DNA from: Faecousia sp.
Lineage (GTDB): Bacteria > Bacillota > Clostridia > Oscillospirales > Oscillospiraceae
Assembly (NCBI GenBank): GCA_045596215.1
Contig: JAZOBY010000070.1
Location: forward strand, 636-64,635
Direction of reading: 5' to 3'
DNA length: 64,000 nucleotides
This document shows positions 51,896-62,336 of the stretch, in pieces. The notes beneath the pieces were generated by a model. It did not search any database. It saw nothing but the letters and a program-made list of their open reading frames with translations, and had not been told where the DNA came from. Position 1 is the stretch's first letter. Every line of letters begins with the position of its first letter. Position numbers and translations under genes: made by a program.

Positions 51896-54405
51896 CATAA
51901 TTGGCTTTTTGCGGTATCGGTGCCGTCGCCAACAAGCCCTAAACGCTCTGCCGCGTCCTGGCGCATCTTGTATTTCAGCACCTTGCCCGCAGCGTTCATG
52001 GGGAACGCATCCACAAACTCGATGTATTTGGGTACTTTATGCCGTGCCATGCTGGCTTTGATGTAAGCAAGCATTTCGTCCACCGTGACCGAACCCGCTT
52101 CTTTCAGCACGATACTGGCGTAGATCTCCTCGCCGTATTTCTGATCCGGTACGCCGATGACCTGTACATCCTTGACAGCTGGATGGGTATAAATGAACTC
52201 CTCGATTTCCTTGGGATAGATATTCTCACCGCCGCGGATGATCATATCTTTCAAACGACCGGTAATACGGTAATTGCCCGCTTCGTCACGACAGGCGATG
52301 TCACCGGAATGGAGCCAGCCTTCCGCATCCACTGTATCCGCAGTTGCCTGGGGCATCTTGTAATAGCCCTTCATGGTATTGTAACCACGGGAGCAGAATT
52401 CACCGTTGACGCCCGGGCCGACCTCTTCCCCAGTCTCCGGGTCAATGATCTTACATTGCACATACGGGAATGCATAGCCAACAGTATCGGTTCGCACTTC
52501 CAGAGAATCTGTCCAGGCAGACATGGTAGAGCCGGGAGCAGATTCCGTTTGACCGTAAACGCTGACGATGCCCCGCATATTCATTTCATCCGGTTGAGCA
52601 GCTCGTCGCATCAGTTCCGGAGGACAACCGGCACCGGCCATAATGCCGGTACGCATATGAGAAAAGTCCGTCTTGCGGTAGTCCGGATGGTTGAACATGG
52701 CAATAAACATGGTGGGCACGCCATTAAATGCAGTGATCTTCTCCTGATTGATGCAGGCCAAAGATGCCTTAGCAGAGAAATAAGGCATGGGGCACATGGT
52801 GGCACCGTGGGTCATGGAAGATGTCATGGACAGCACCATGCCAAAGCAGTGGAACATGGGTACCTGAATCATCATGCGGTCAGCTGTGGAAAGGCCCATG
52901 CGGTCACCGATACATTTGCCGTTGTTGACCACGTTGTAGTGGGTAAGCATAACGCCTTTGGGGAATCCTGTGGTGCCGGAGGTGTACTGCATGTTGCAAA
53001 CATCATCCGGGCGGACGGCAGCCGCCATAGCGGCAACCTGTTCCTCGCTGACCAGCGGGTATCTTGCCATAGCCTCGTCCATAGTCAGACATCCCGGCTG
53101 ACGGAAGCCTACCGTAATCACATTACGCAGGAACGGAAGCCGTTTACAGTGCAGGCTCTCCCCTGCCTTGGTCTGAGCGATCTCGGGGCACAGTTCGTTG
53201 ATGATGGCCTGGTAATTGGAGTCCAAACAGGAGTCGATCATCACCAACGTGTGGGTATCGGACTGACGAAGCAAATATTCCGCCTCGTGGATCTTATAGG
53301 CGGTATTGACGGTGACCAAAACCGCACCGATCTTTACTGTTGCCCAGAACGTGATATACCAAGCCGGGACATTGGTAGCCCAAATGGCGACCTTACTGCC
53401 GGCTTTTACACCCATGGACACCAACGCCCGGGCAAAACGATCCACATCCCGCTTGAATTCCTGATAGGTACGGGTATAGTCCAGGGTCGTATACTTAAAA
53501 GCATACTGATCCGGGAATTCATCAGCCACACGCTCCAAAACCTGATAAAAGGTCAGATTGATCAGTTCGTCCTTCTTCCACAGGTACTGACCTGTGCCGT
53601 CGTGATTCAAATAGAGGGATTTCTTTGCACCGCGGGGATTATGGAAGCGGCTCATGTAGTTGACAAAGTAAGGAAAAATAACATCCTGATCTTTCAGATC
53701 GTCCAGCCACTCCGGTTTCCATTCCAGGGAGATGAAGCCATCGTAATTGACGGAAGACAATGCCCGCATTACATCGGCAATGGGCATGGTTCCCTCACCA
53801 ATCAGCTGATAATTGCCCTGGTCGTCAGAATCCCGCAGGTGGACATGCCGGATATAACTGCCCAAATTTTTGATGGTAGCATCTGCACTTTCGCCCAAAT
53901 CACGGTAGGGATGGTGCATATCCCAAAGGGCACCCAAAAAGTCGCTGGCAAAGCGATCCATCATACTGCGAAGACGAGCAGTATCGGCATAAATACCGCT
54001 GGTTTTCAGCAAGATGCCCACGCCCAGTTTTTCCGCCTGGGGAAGTAAAATTTGAAGCCGTTGCTCTACAAGCACTTCATTATCGCTCAGGGCACAGGCA
54101 ACCACATACGGCACACGGGTATTGCCCGCAACCTCCATGAGGTCGAGCAGTGAATCGGTGTGGTCCTCCGCATCAGCAAGATCGCAGGAAGTGTCAAAAC
54201 AAGGGATCTGCAGTTTCTTATCCCGCAGCTGACGGACAGTGGCCGCAGACTGATACTTGTGAAACGGCCCGCCCCGGTCCAGCATGGGATCAAATTTGGG
54301 AAGATTATAGACTTCAATGCCGGAAAAACCCATTTCTGTGGCCGTATCCAGCATCTCATCCCAACTCATCCCGGGCCAACCACGGGTTGAAAAGGAGAGT
54401 TTCAT
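51895..54405 (-). CDS. Fusion of xylose-isomerase-like TIM barrel and acyl-CoA synthetase
   Basis: N-term WDMHH, HVHLRD, GEG, YDGFISLEW; C-term YTSGTTGFPKG, YGQTE, GWLHSGD, GRLKDMIIRGGEN. Confidence 0.9.
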   Translation of the reverse strand: MKLSFSTRGWPGMSWDEMLDTATEMGFSGIEVYNLPKFDPMLDRGGPFHKYQSAATVRQLRDKKLQIPCFDTSCDLADAEDHTDSLLDLMEVAGNTRVPYVVACALSDNEVLVEQRLQILLPQAEKLGVGILLKTSGIYADTARLRSMMDRFASDFLGALWDMHHPYRDLGESADATIKNLGSYIRHVHLRDSDDQGNYQLIGEGTMPIADVMRALSSVNYDGFISLEWKPEWLDDLKDQDVIFPYFVNYMSRFHNPRGAKKSLYLNHDGTGQYLWKKDELINLTFYQVLERVADEFPDQYAFKYTTLDYTRTYQEFKRDVDRFARALVSMGVKAGSKVAIWATNVPAWYITFWATVKIGAVLVTVNTAYKIHEAEYLLRQSDTHTLVMIDSCLDSNYQAIINELCPEIAQTKAGESLHCKRLPFLRNVITVGFRQPGCLTMDEAMARYPLVSEEQVAAMAAAVRPDDVCNMQYTSGTTGFPKGVMLTHYNVVNNGKCIGDRMGLSTADRMMIQVPMFHCFGMVLSMTSSMTHGATMCPMPYFSAKASLACINQEKITAFNGVPTMFIAMFNHPDYRKTDFSHMRTGIMAGAGCPPELMRRAAQPDEMNMRGIVSVYGQTESAPGSTMSAWTDSLEVRTDTVGYAFPYVQCKIIDPETGEEVGPGVNGEFCSRGYNTMKGYYKMPQATADTVDAEGWLHSGDIACRDEAGNYRITGRLKDMIIRGGENIYPKEIEEFIYTHPAVKDVQVIGVPDQKYGEEIYASIVLKEAGSVTVDEMLAYIKASMARHKVPKYIEFVDAFPMNAAGKVLKYKMRQDAAERLGLVGDGTDTAKSQL

Positions 54406-55802
54406 GCTTCTTCCTCCTCGTAAACGATCTTGTTAAGGGCACTGAGATACGCCTGAATGCTTGCACCCACGATGTCCGTGGAGATGCCACGACCGGAATA
54501 GAGTTTTCCGGAAGAACGAAGCTTGACAATGGTCTGACCCATAGCCGCACGACCCTCGGTAACAGACTGAATTTGGAAATCGTCCAGCTCATAATGGCGA
54601 CCGGTGATCTGCTCAATGGCCGCAAATGCCGCATCAATAGGACCGTCGCCCAGATATACGCCCTCCATAGGCACGCCGTTTTTCAGCAATTTCATATGTG
54701 CGGTCGCAGCTACTGTATTGCCGGATGTAATCACGTAATTATCCAGCTTATATGCGGACGGAACCTGCATAGCAGCAGAGGCCACAATGGCATCCAGTTC
54801 CCGGATCCCCACCTTGTCCCGCTTCTGTGCAAACTGCATGAAGGCCTCGTAAACTTTCATGCGATCTTCCTGAGAAAGATCATATCCCAGACGCTCTACT
54901 GCGGCACAAACCCCATCACAGTCGTCGTGGGAAGTCAAATAAATCTCGGAATTTTCCTGCACTTCATTGCCAAACCAGGAAACCTTGCTGCCATCCGCTT
55001 TGCAAATTCGCTGGATCTGCTCCACGATTCGGCTGAGCTTGGTCACATTAACATCCGTCTTTACACCCAATTCCTCGCCCTTGGCGGCCAAAACACGGGA
55101 TACATTGGTCATGTCAGCACAATCCTGAGGATATGCTGCACACTTAACCTCCCCTGCCCCTGCCTTGATTGCAGCAATGACACAGCTGTCGGCCATGGAC
55201 AAGGTGTTGGCACATCCCACACCCAGTGTGACCGTTTTCAATGCGGGAACGGAAGCGTACAAAGACGCAACAAATGCAGAGAACTCCTCAGGCAGCATTG
55301 TCCCGGCAGTATCTATCACGGTAACCGTCTTGGCACCGGCAGCAATCGCCGTTTCGATGGCCTTAAACAAAAATGCGGGCTCGCTTCTGGTGGCATCCTG
55401 AGCAACAAACTCCGTATCCGTCAATTTCCCACAGGCATGCACCGTCTCATCGATCGCCGAAAGCATTGCCTCAGGCTTTTTATGGAGCAAATACTCCATT
55501 TGCACAGAACTGACCGGTGCACACACTTGCAGGCGTGAGTGTTTAGCCAGACAAAGTGCGTTCCAGGTCTGCTCTACGCTCTCGGCAGTCAGTTCGACCG
55601 GGGCAGAAACGATGCTGTCATTTACAGCCGCAGCAATGGACTTGATCCGCAGAATATCAGAGCGAGAACCACGCAGACCTTCTACCTCAATCACAGTTGT
55701 GCCCAATCTGTCCAATAGTTTTGCCAACTCGATCTTCTCACGGAAGGACAAAGAAAAACCCTCCGCAGTCTGTTTCATGGTCATGTCGCTGATTTTGATC
55801 AT
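54402..55802 (-). CDS. 2-isopropylmalate synthase (LeuA)-like protein lacking catalytic motifs, regulatory domain intact
   Basis: QDATR, DTAG, GDGPIDAAF, TDIVGAS present; RDGEQ, HxH and GERAGN absent. Confidence 0.85.
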   Translation of the reverse strand: MIKISDMTMKQTAEGFSLSFREKIELAKLLDRLGTTVIEVEGLRGSRSDILRIKSIAAAVNDSIVSAPVELTAESVEQTWNALCLAKHSRLQVCAPVSSVQMEYLLHKKPEAMLSAIDETVHACGKLTDTEFVAQDATRSEPAFLFKAIETAIAAGAKTVTVIDTAGTMLPEEFSAFVASLYASVPALKTVTLGVGCANTLSMADSCVIAAIKAGAGEVKCAAYPQDCADMTNVSRVLAAKGEELGVKTDVNVTKLSRIVEQIQRICKADGSKVSWFGNEVQENSEIYLTSHDDCDGVCAAVERLGYDLSQEDRMKVYEAFMQFAQKRDKVGIRELDAIVASAAMQVPSAYKLDNYVITSGNTVAATAHMKLLKNGVPMEGVYLGDGPIDAAFAAIEQITGRHYELDDFQIQSVTEGRAAMGQTIVKLRSSGKLYSGRGISTDIVGASIQAYLSALNKIVYEEEEA

Positions 55803-55822
55803 TGTCTGTCACTCCTTAAAAT

Positions 55823-56074
55823 AAAAAGTCCCTGAGGCCGTATAGCCTCAGGGACGAATAAGCTTCGCGGTACCACCCTGATTATTTCCGCAACGGAAAT
55901 CCCTTTAGACTCCAACAAGTCCTATCCCTTAACGCGGGCCGACGGATCCCATTACTTGCGGATGCTTTTACAGGATCGACTCCGGAACCAGACCGTCTCA
56001 TTCAACCGCACCGGCTCACACCAACCGCCGGCTCTCTGGAGCTTTATGAATGTGACAGATTTTCCATCGCTGTC
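55823..56074 (-). ncRNA. T-box riboswitch, Leu (CUG) specifier
   Basis: AGAGA and GGTG motifs; CTG at 55991-55989; AATCAGGGTGGTACCGCG; terminator. Confidence 0.9.
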
Positions 56075-56169
56075 TTTCGTATAACATTGCCAATATTAAA
56101 GCACAGGATTTGGAATTTGTCAACAAAAATCTTTCAAAAAAATATTTTTTGTTTTTCACAAAAAAGCAA

Positions 56170-56198
56170 TTGACTTTTGCTCGTGAACATGCTATACT
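56170..56198 (+). promoter_or_regulatory. SigA promoter
   Basis: TTGACT, 17 bp, TATACT with upstream TG. Confidence 0.75.
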
Positions 56199-56217
56199 GC
56201 AACCAATATTTCAAAAA

Positions 56218-56475
56218 GGCTTTGACGAAGACGGTCGGATCCGAAGAATTACAGAGAGCCGGTGGTTGATGCGAATCGGTATTCTTCCCTCCACAGACCC
56301 ATCCCTTCCGAGCCGGAGTGCTGAATATTTTACATTAGTAAGCATCTCCCGTTTGCCTGCGTTAAGGGATAGGACTTGTTTGAGTCCGAAAAGTGGCAGT
56401 TATTCTGCAATTTGAGTGGTACCGCGGGTAGTTTATGCTCGTCTCAAGATTTTTCTTGAGGCGTTTTTTTATTTT
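56218..56475 (+). ncRNA. T-box riboswitch, Ile (AUC) specifier
   Basis: AGAGA motif; ATC at 56301-56303; AATTTGAGTGGTACCGCG at 56409-56426; terminator 56440-56470. Confidence 0.88.
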
Positions 56476-56492
56476 ATAAAGGAGGAAGCACT

Positions 56493-58781
56493 ATGTCAAA
56501 CACAACAACGTCTACACAGCTGATGGAGATCGCACAGCGAATTCGGGAGATGCGTGAGATTTTAGGCTTCAGCATTGAAAAGATGGCAACGCAGACAGAG
56601 GTTTCCACCGATCTTTACTGCCAATATGAAAGCGGCACGATTGATCTGCCCTTTACCTTTATGCACAAGTGTGCAAAAGCCTTTGGCCTGGAAATCACCG
56701 ACCTGTTGGAAGGCCACAGTGCCAAATTGTCCGGCTACACAGTCACCCGACGTGGTAAAGGTATGGTCACCGCCAGCGAGGATGGCATCACCATTCAGGA
56801 TATGGCACCTATGTTCCGCAAGAAGCTGGCTACCCCCTACTGGGTTACCTATCAGTATTCCGAAGATCTTCAGGATGAACCCATCCACACCACCACCCAC
56901 GACGGTCAGGAATTCAACATGGTCATCAAAGGTTCCGTTCGTATCCGTGTCGGTGACCACGAGGAAGTTCTTAACGAAGGTGACAGCATCTTCTATAAAT
57001 CCTCCACCCCTCATGGTATGATCGCCATTAACGGTGAGGATGCGGTCTTCCTTTCTATGATCATGGCCAGCGACAAGACAGACCAGGCACTGACAATTAC
57101 TCCTCAGCGTACCACGAAGTCCCCAGACCCCGATCTCCACCCGGATCAGCGTCTGCTTTGCAACGAATTTGTTTGGGGTATTGAGGATGCTAAGGGTCAC
57201 ATGACCGGCCTCAACTATGCCAACACGGACCGCTACAACTTTGCATTTGATACTGTGGATGCCATCGCACGGAAGGATCCAGACAAGCTGGCGATGATCC
57301 ATATTGCGGGCGATATGACCGAACGCCGCTTCACCTTTAAGGACATGAAGGACGGTTCTTCCCAGTGTGCCAATTATTTCAAGGCTCTGGGCATCAAACG
57401 GGGTGACCGGGTCATGGTGGTGCTGAAACGCCACTATCAGTTCTGGTTTGCCATTCTCGGTCTGCATAAGCTGGGTGCCATTGCCATTCCTGCGACAAAT
57501 CAGCTGATGGAACACGATTTCACCTACCGCTTCCAGGCAGGCGGAGTCAGTGCAATTCTCTGTACTGCAGATGGCGATACTGCCAATCAGGTAGATTTGG
57601 CCGAGCACGTATCCGGCATGAAACTGACTAAAATCATGGTAGGTGGACAGAAAGAAGGCTGGCATGACTTTAATGAAGAGTACAGCCTGTACAGCCGCCG
57701 TTATGTCCGTACTGATGACGCACCCTGTGGTGATGATCCCATGCTGATGCTCTTCACCTCCGGCACTACTGGCTATCCCAAGATTGCAATGCACAGCTAT
57801 AAATACGCTCTCGGCCACTATGTCACCGCCAAATACTGGCACATGGTGGAGCGGGACGGCGTTCATTTCACCATCTCCGAAACCGGCTGGGGCAAGGCAC
57901 TTTGGGGCAAGCTCTACGGCCAGTGGCTTTGCGAGAGTGCAGTCTTTACCTATGACTTTGACCGCTTCGACGCAGAAAAGATCCTGCCCATGTTTAAGCA
58001 GTACAACATAACTACCTTCTGTGCACCGCCGACCATGTACCGGATGCTGATCAAACAGGATCTGAGCAATTACGACCTCTCTTCCATCCATCATGCCACC
58101 ACCGCCGGTGAAGCATTGAACCCTGAGGTCTTCTATCAGTTTGAAAAAGCTACCGGTCTGCGGATCTACGAGGGCTTCGGTCAGACGGAAATGACCCTGG
58201 GCATCGCAAACCTCATCGGCGACACCATCAAGCCCGGTGCAATGGGTAAGCCTATTCCCGGCTATGGTATTGACATTGTGGATGCTGACGGCAATCCTGT
58301 GGAAGACGGCGTCAATGGTGAGATCGTCATTCACACCGATCCTGCCCCCTCCTGTGGCGTGTTCCTCGGCTATTACAACAATGCAGAAGCCACCGGTGAG
58401 GTCTGGCACGACGGAATGTATCACACCGGCGACCTTGCCTGGCGTGATGAGGATGGTTACTACTGGTATGTGGGCCGTGCGGATGACGTGATCAAGTCCT
58501 CAGGCTACCGGATTGGGCCCTTTGAAATCGAAAGCACCATCATGGAGCTTCCCTACGTTCTGGAATGTGGCGTTTCTGCCGCTCCCGACGAGGTTCGTGG
58601 ACAGGTTGTCAAGGCCAGCATCGTACTGGTTCCCGGCACCGAAGGTACGGAAGAACTGAAAAAGGAAATCCAAAACTACGTCAAGCAGCACACTGCTCCC
58701 TACAAGTATCCCCGGATTGTTGTGTTCCGCGATGAACTGCCCAAAACCATCAGCGGTAAAATCATTCGTAACAAGTTATAA
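56493..58781 (+). CDS. XRE-HTH/cupin/acyl-CoA synthetase fusion, paralog 1
   Basis: N-term HTH, HDGQEF cupin, FTSGTTGYPK, GFGQTE, YHTGD, KSSGYRIGPFE, PKTISGK. Confidence 0.92.
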   Translation: MSNTTTSTQLMEIAQRIREMREILGFSIEKMATQTEVSTDLYCQYESGTIDLPFTFMHKCAKAFGLEITDLLEGHSAKLSGYTVTRRGKGMVTASEDGITIQDMAPMFRKKLATPYWVTYQYSEDLQDEPIHTTTHDGQEFNMVIKGSVRIRVGDHEEVLNEGDSIFYKSSTPHGMIAINGEDAVFLSMIMASDKTDQALTITPQRTTKSPDPDLHPDQRLLCNEFVWGIEDAKGHMTGLNYANTDRYNFAFDTVDAIARKDPDKLAMIHIAGDMTERRFTFKDMKDGSSQCANYFKALGIKRGDRVMVVLKRHYQFWFAILGLHKLGAIAIPATNQLMEHDFTYRFQAGGVSAILCTADGDTANQVDLAEHVSGMKLTKIMVGGQKEGWHDFNEEYSLYSRRYVRTDDAPCGDDPMLMLFTSGTTGYPKIAMHSYKYALGHYVTAKYWHMVERDGVHFTISETGWGKALWGKLYGQWLCESAVFTYDFDRFDAEKILPMFKQYNITTFCAPPTMYRMLIKQDLSNYDLSSIHHATTAGEALNPEVFYQFEKATGLRIYEGFGQTEMTLGIANLIGDTIKPGAMGKPIPGYGIDIVDADGNPVEDGVNGEIVIHTDPAPSCGVFLGYYNNAEATGEVWHDGMYHTGDLAWRDEDGYYWYVGRADDVIKSSGYRIGPFEIESTIMELPYVLECGVSAAPDEVRGQVVKASIVLVPGTEGTEELKKEIQNYVKQHTAPYKYPRIVVFRDELPKTISGKIIRNKL

Positions 58782-58797
58782 ATAGCATAGATAACCC

Positions 58798-58826
58798 TTG
58801 ACATTCCTGCGTTAGAGTGGTATCAT
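58798..58826 (+). promoter_or_regulatory. SigA promoter
   Basis: TTGACA, 17 bp, TATCAT with upstream TG. Confidence 0.75.
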
Positions 58827-58842
58827 TTTTTAGTAGAATAAA

Positions 58843-59093
58843 GGCGAAGACGGAGAGTTTCCACAAGCTTCCCATCGAAAGAGAAATGGCGGTCGGTGCA
58901 AGCCATGATGGGTTTTGTTGATTGTCGCTCCATCAGCCGGAAGGAAGAAAGCAACCGCCTGTAGAACCTTCCCGTGTCGGCCGCGTCAGTGCCTAATGAG
59001 TGGTATCTGCAATGGCAGATGCAATTTGAGTGGTACCGCGGGTATGTATTGTACAAACTCGTCTCAAAGGTTATCTTTGAGACGAGTTTTTTC
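58843..59093 (+). ncRNA. T-box riboswitch, Val (GUC) specifier
   Basis: AGAGA and GGTG motifs; GTC at 58924-58926; AATTTGAGTGGTACCGCG at 59023-59040; terminator 59056-59092. Confidence 0.86.
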
Positions 59094-59111
59094 AAATTTG
59101 TGAGGTGCTTT

Positions 59112-61400
59112 ATGGACAAGATCATTACCGGAGTGGACAATAAAAACCGGGAAGTTGCGGCCCGTATCCGGGAACTTCGTGAAGTAACGGGGTTCACGGT
59201 AGAAGAAATGGCTGCACGCACCGGTCTGAGTGTTGAAGAATATCTGGCGTGCGAATCCGGCAACCGGGATCTGAGTATTGCGTTTTTGTACCACTGTACA
59301 TTAAGCTTTGGCGTGGACATGGGCGACCTTTTGGAAGGCCGCAGCCCCAAGCTTCGTTCTTACGCACTGACACGAAAGGGTCAGGGTCAGCGAATTGAAG
59401 AAGCCCACAACATGATCGGCTTCAACCTGGCGGCGGACTTCCGTAACCGTATTGCCCTACCGCTTTATATGGATCTTCCCTACCGTCCCGGTGCGGAGAG
59501 TGAGCCCATCCCCCTGACCACCCACTAAGGTCAGGAATGTGACATCGTCATCCGTGGTCATATGCGTATCCAGATCGGCGGACATACGGAGATCCTGCAT
59601 CCCGGCGACTGTATTTACTACAACAGTGCAACGCCCCACGGCATGGTAGCTGTAGACGGTGAGGACTGTGCATTCTACGCAATTGTTCTGCGTAACCAGG
59701 CCGCCCGTGAGGGCGATCACGATGCAACAGTGGTCTCCCCTGCGCAACTGGTTCAAACCCATGAAGAAGATTCCCGTATCTATCACGATTACATCGAAAC
59801 CACCGTAGAAAACGGTGTTCTGACCAAGATCGACTTCAAAAATCCGGATAAGTTCAATTTCGCCTTTGATGTGGTGGATGAACTTGCCCGGAGAAAGCCG
59901 GACAAGCTGGCCATGCTCCATCTTGCTGAGGACGGCACGGAGCATCGGTTTACCTTTAAGGATATCCAAAAAGAATCCGCTCGTGCGGCCAACTTCTTTA
60001 AATCCCTGGGTATCCAAAAGGGCGACCGGGTTATGCTGGTTCTGAAGCGGCACTATCAATTCTGGTTCGCAATGATGGGCCTGAATAAGCTGGGTGCAGT
60101 GGCAATCCCCGCCCCGAATCAGTTGCTGACCAAGGATTTTGCCTATCGGTTTGAGGCCGGCAATGTAAAAGCGATCCTCTGTACCGCAGACGGTCAGGTA
60201 GCCGATTCTGTGGATGAAGCAGCCGCATCCTGCCCGGTACTGAAAACCAAGATCCTGGTTGGCGGTAAGCGAAACGGCTGGCACGACTTTAACGAAGAGT
60301 GTGCCATGTTCAGCAGTCGCTTCCCCCGGACCGACGACGCACCCTGTGGCGATGACCCCATGCTCATGTTCTTTACATCCGGCACATCCGGTTATCCCAA
60401 ACTGGCAGCTCACAATCACAAGTATCCTCTGGGACACTTTATTACCGCCAAGTACTGGCACCGTGTTAATCCAGACGGTCTGCACCTGACTATCTCCGAT
60501 ACTGGGTGGGCAAAGTCCATGTGGGGCAAGCTCTATGGTCAATGGCTGTGCGAGGCGGCGATCTTTGTCTACGACTTCGACCGCTTTGATGCCGAAAAGA
60601 TCCTGCCCTTGTTCGCCAAATACGGCATCACCACCTTCTGTGCACCGCCTACCATGTATCGAATGCTGGCAAAGCGGGACCTCAGCCGTTTCGATCTGAG
60701 CTCCATCATTCACGCATCTACTGCGGGCGAGGCATTGAACCCCGAGGTCTACCGCCAGTTCCAAAAGGCAACCGGTCTGAGCATCATGGAAGGCTTCGGT
60801 CAGTCGGAAAGCACCCTGATCATCGGCAATACGGGCGGCAGCAGCCACAAGCTTGGCTCCATGGGCAAACCCGTACCTCTTTACGATGTGCACTTACTTG
60901 ATCCCGACGGCAACGAAGTAGACACCGGTGAAACCGGTGAGATCTGCATCAATATCAGCAACGGTCTACCCTGCGGCCTTGCCTATGCCTATGAAGGCAA
61001 CCCGGAAGTCACCGCCGAAACATGGCGTGACGGTTTCTACCACACCGGCGATCTTGCATGGAAAGACGAGGATGGCTACTACTGGTATGTGGGCCGTGCG
61101 GATGATGTGATCAAATCCTCCGGCTACCGGATCGGACCCTTTGAAATTGAAAGCACCATTATGGAACTGCCCTACGTTTTGGAATGTGGTGTTTCTGCCG
61201 CTCCCGACGAGGTTCGCGGCCAAGTGGTCAAGGCGAGCATCGTTCTGGTCAGCGGCTATGAAGGCAGCGACGCTCTGAAGAAAGAAATTCAGGACTATGT
61301 CAAACGCCGCACCGCTCCTTACAAGTATCCCCGAATTGTGGAGTTCCGTGAAAGCCTTCCCAAGACTACCAGCGGCAAGATCATCAGAAAGCAACTGTAA
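59112..61400 (+). pseudogene. XRE-HTH/cupin/acyl-CoA synthetase fusion, paralog 2, with one in-frame TAA at 59526-59528
   Basis: Same 2289-nt length as paralog 1; TTH*GQE versus TTHDGQE; frame continues after the stop. Confidence 0.8.
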
Positions 61401-61402
61401 TT

Positions 61403-62095
61403 ATGGAACATAAACGCGTAACCCTTTTCGCCGGACATTACGGCTCCGGCAAGACCAATATTGCCGTAAATTACGCACTTTACCTTGCCAAAGAGGGCAA
61501 AAAAGTGTGCATCGGCGATCTGGATATCGTCAATCCCTACTTTCGTACCAAAGACAGTGCGGATGTACTGGACGCGGCAGGCGTGGAGCTGATCAGCCCG
61601 CAATTTGCCAACACCAACGTGGATCTGCCGGCCTTGCCGGCGGAGGCGTACCGCTTGGTGGAAGACAAAAGCATCTACGCCATCATGGACATCGGCGGCG
61701 ATGACCGGGGTGCTTATGCCCTGGGCCGTTATACACCGGCAATTCTGGCAGAGAACGATTACCGAATGGTTTTCGTCGCCAACTGCTACCGCCCATTGAC
61801 CAAAACACCGGAAGATGCACTGGACGTGATGCGGGAGATTGAGGCCGCCTGCGGCATGAGATTTACCTGCATCGTCAACAATTCCCACCTGGGAGAGCTG
61901 ACCACACCACAGACGATTATTGACTCTGCCAAATATATCGAAAAACTGTGCGATATGTCCGGTCTTCCCCTGTGGCTGACCACTGCCAAGGAAGATGTGG
62001 CAACACAGATGGACGGCACCTTCCCCCTGCACTTGCAGGAAAAATACTTTGATTTACCGCCTCAGAAGCCGGTCAACCGGCCCCTGTGGGGATAA
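61403..62095 (+). CDS. P-loop NTPase associated with the oxidoreductase operon
   Basis: GHYGSGKT, DLDIVNPYFR, DIGGD. Confidence 0.8.
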   Translation: MEHKRVTLFAGHYGSGKTNIAVNYALYLAKEGKKVCIGDLDIVNPYFRTKDSADVLDAAGVELISPQFANTNVDLPALPAEAYRLVEDKSIYAIMDIGGDDRGAYALGRYTPAILAENDYRMVFVANCYRPLTKTPEDALDVMREIEAACGMRFTCIVNNSHLGELTTPQTIIDSAKYIEKLCDMSGLPLWLTTAKEDVATQMDGTFPLHLQEKYFDLPPQKPVNRPLWG

Positions 62096-62118
62096 AGATT
62101 CTTTAAGGAGGAACCCCA

Positions 62119-62325
62119 ATGGCAAAAGTTACATTCAAAACCGACTTGTGCAAGGGCTGTGGCCTGTGTGTCAACGCCTGCCCCAAGGGTATCCTGGCGA
62201 TTGCCACCGATACGATCAACAAAAAAGGCTATTCTCCCGCGGTCATGATCGATCAGGAAAAGTGCATCGGCTGTGCATTCTGTGCCACCATGTGCCCTGA
62301 CTGCATCATCACCGTAGAGAAGTAA
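62119..62325 (+). CDS. 2x[4Fe-4S] ferredoxin subunit of 2-oxoacid:ferredoxin oxidoreductase
   Basis: CKGCGLCVNACP and CIGCAFCATMCP. Confidence 0.93.
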   Translation: MAKVTFKTDLCKGCGLCVNACPKGILAIATDTINKKGYSPAVMIDQEKCIGCAFCATMCPDCIITVEK

Positions 62326-62336
62326 GGAGGTAAATT

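Noticed and set aside
59526-59528. Programmed readthrough or selenocysteine/pyrrolysine recoding
   Set aside because: The codon is TAA, not TGA or TAG, and all other genes use the standard code
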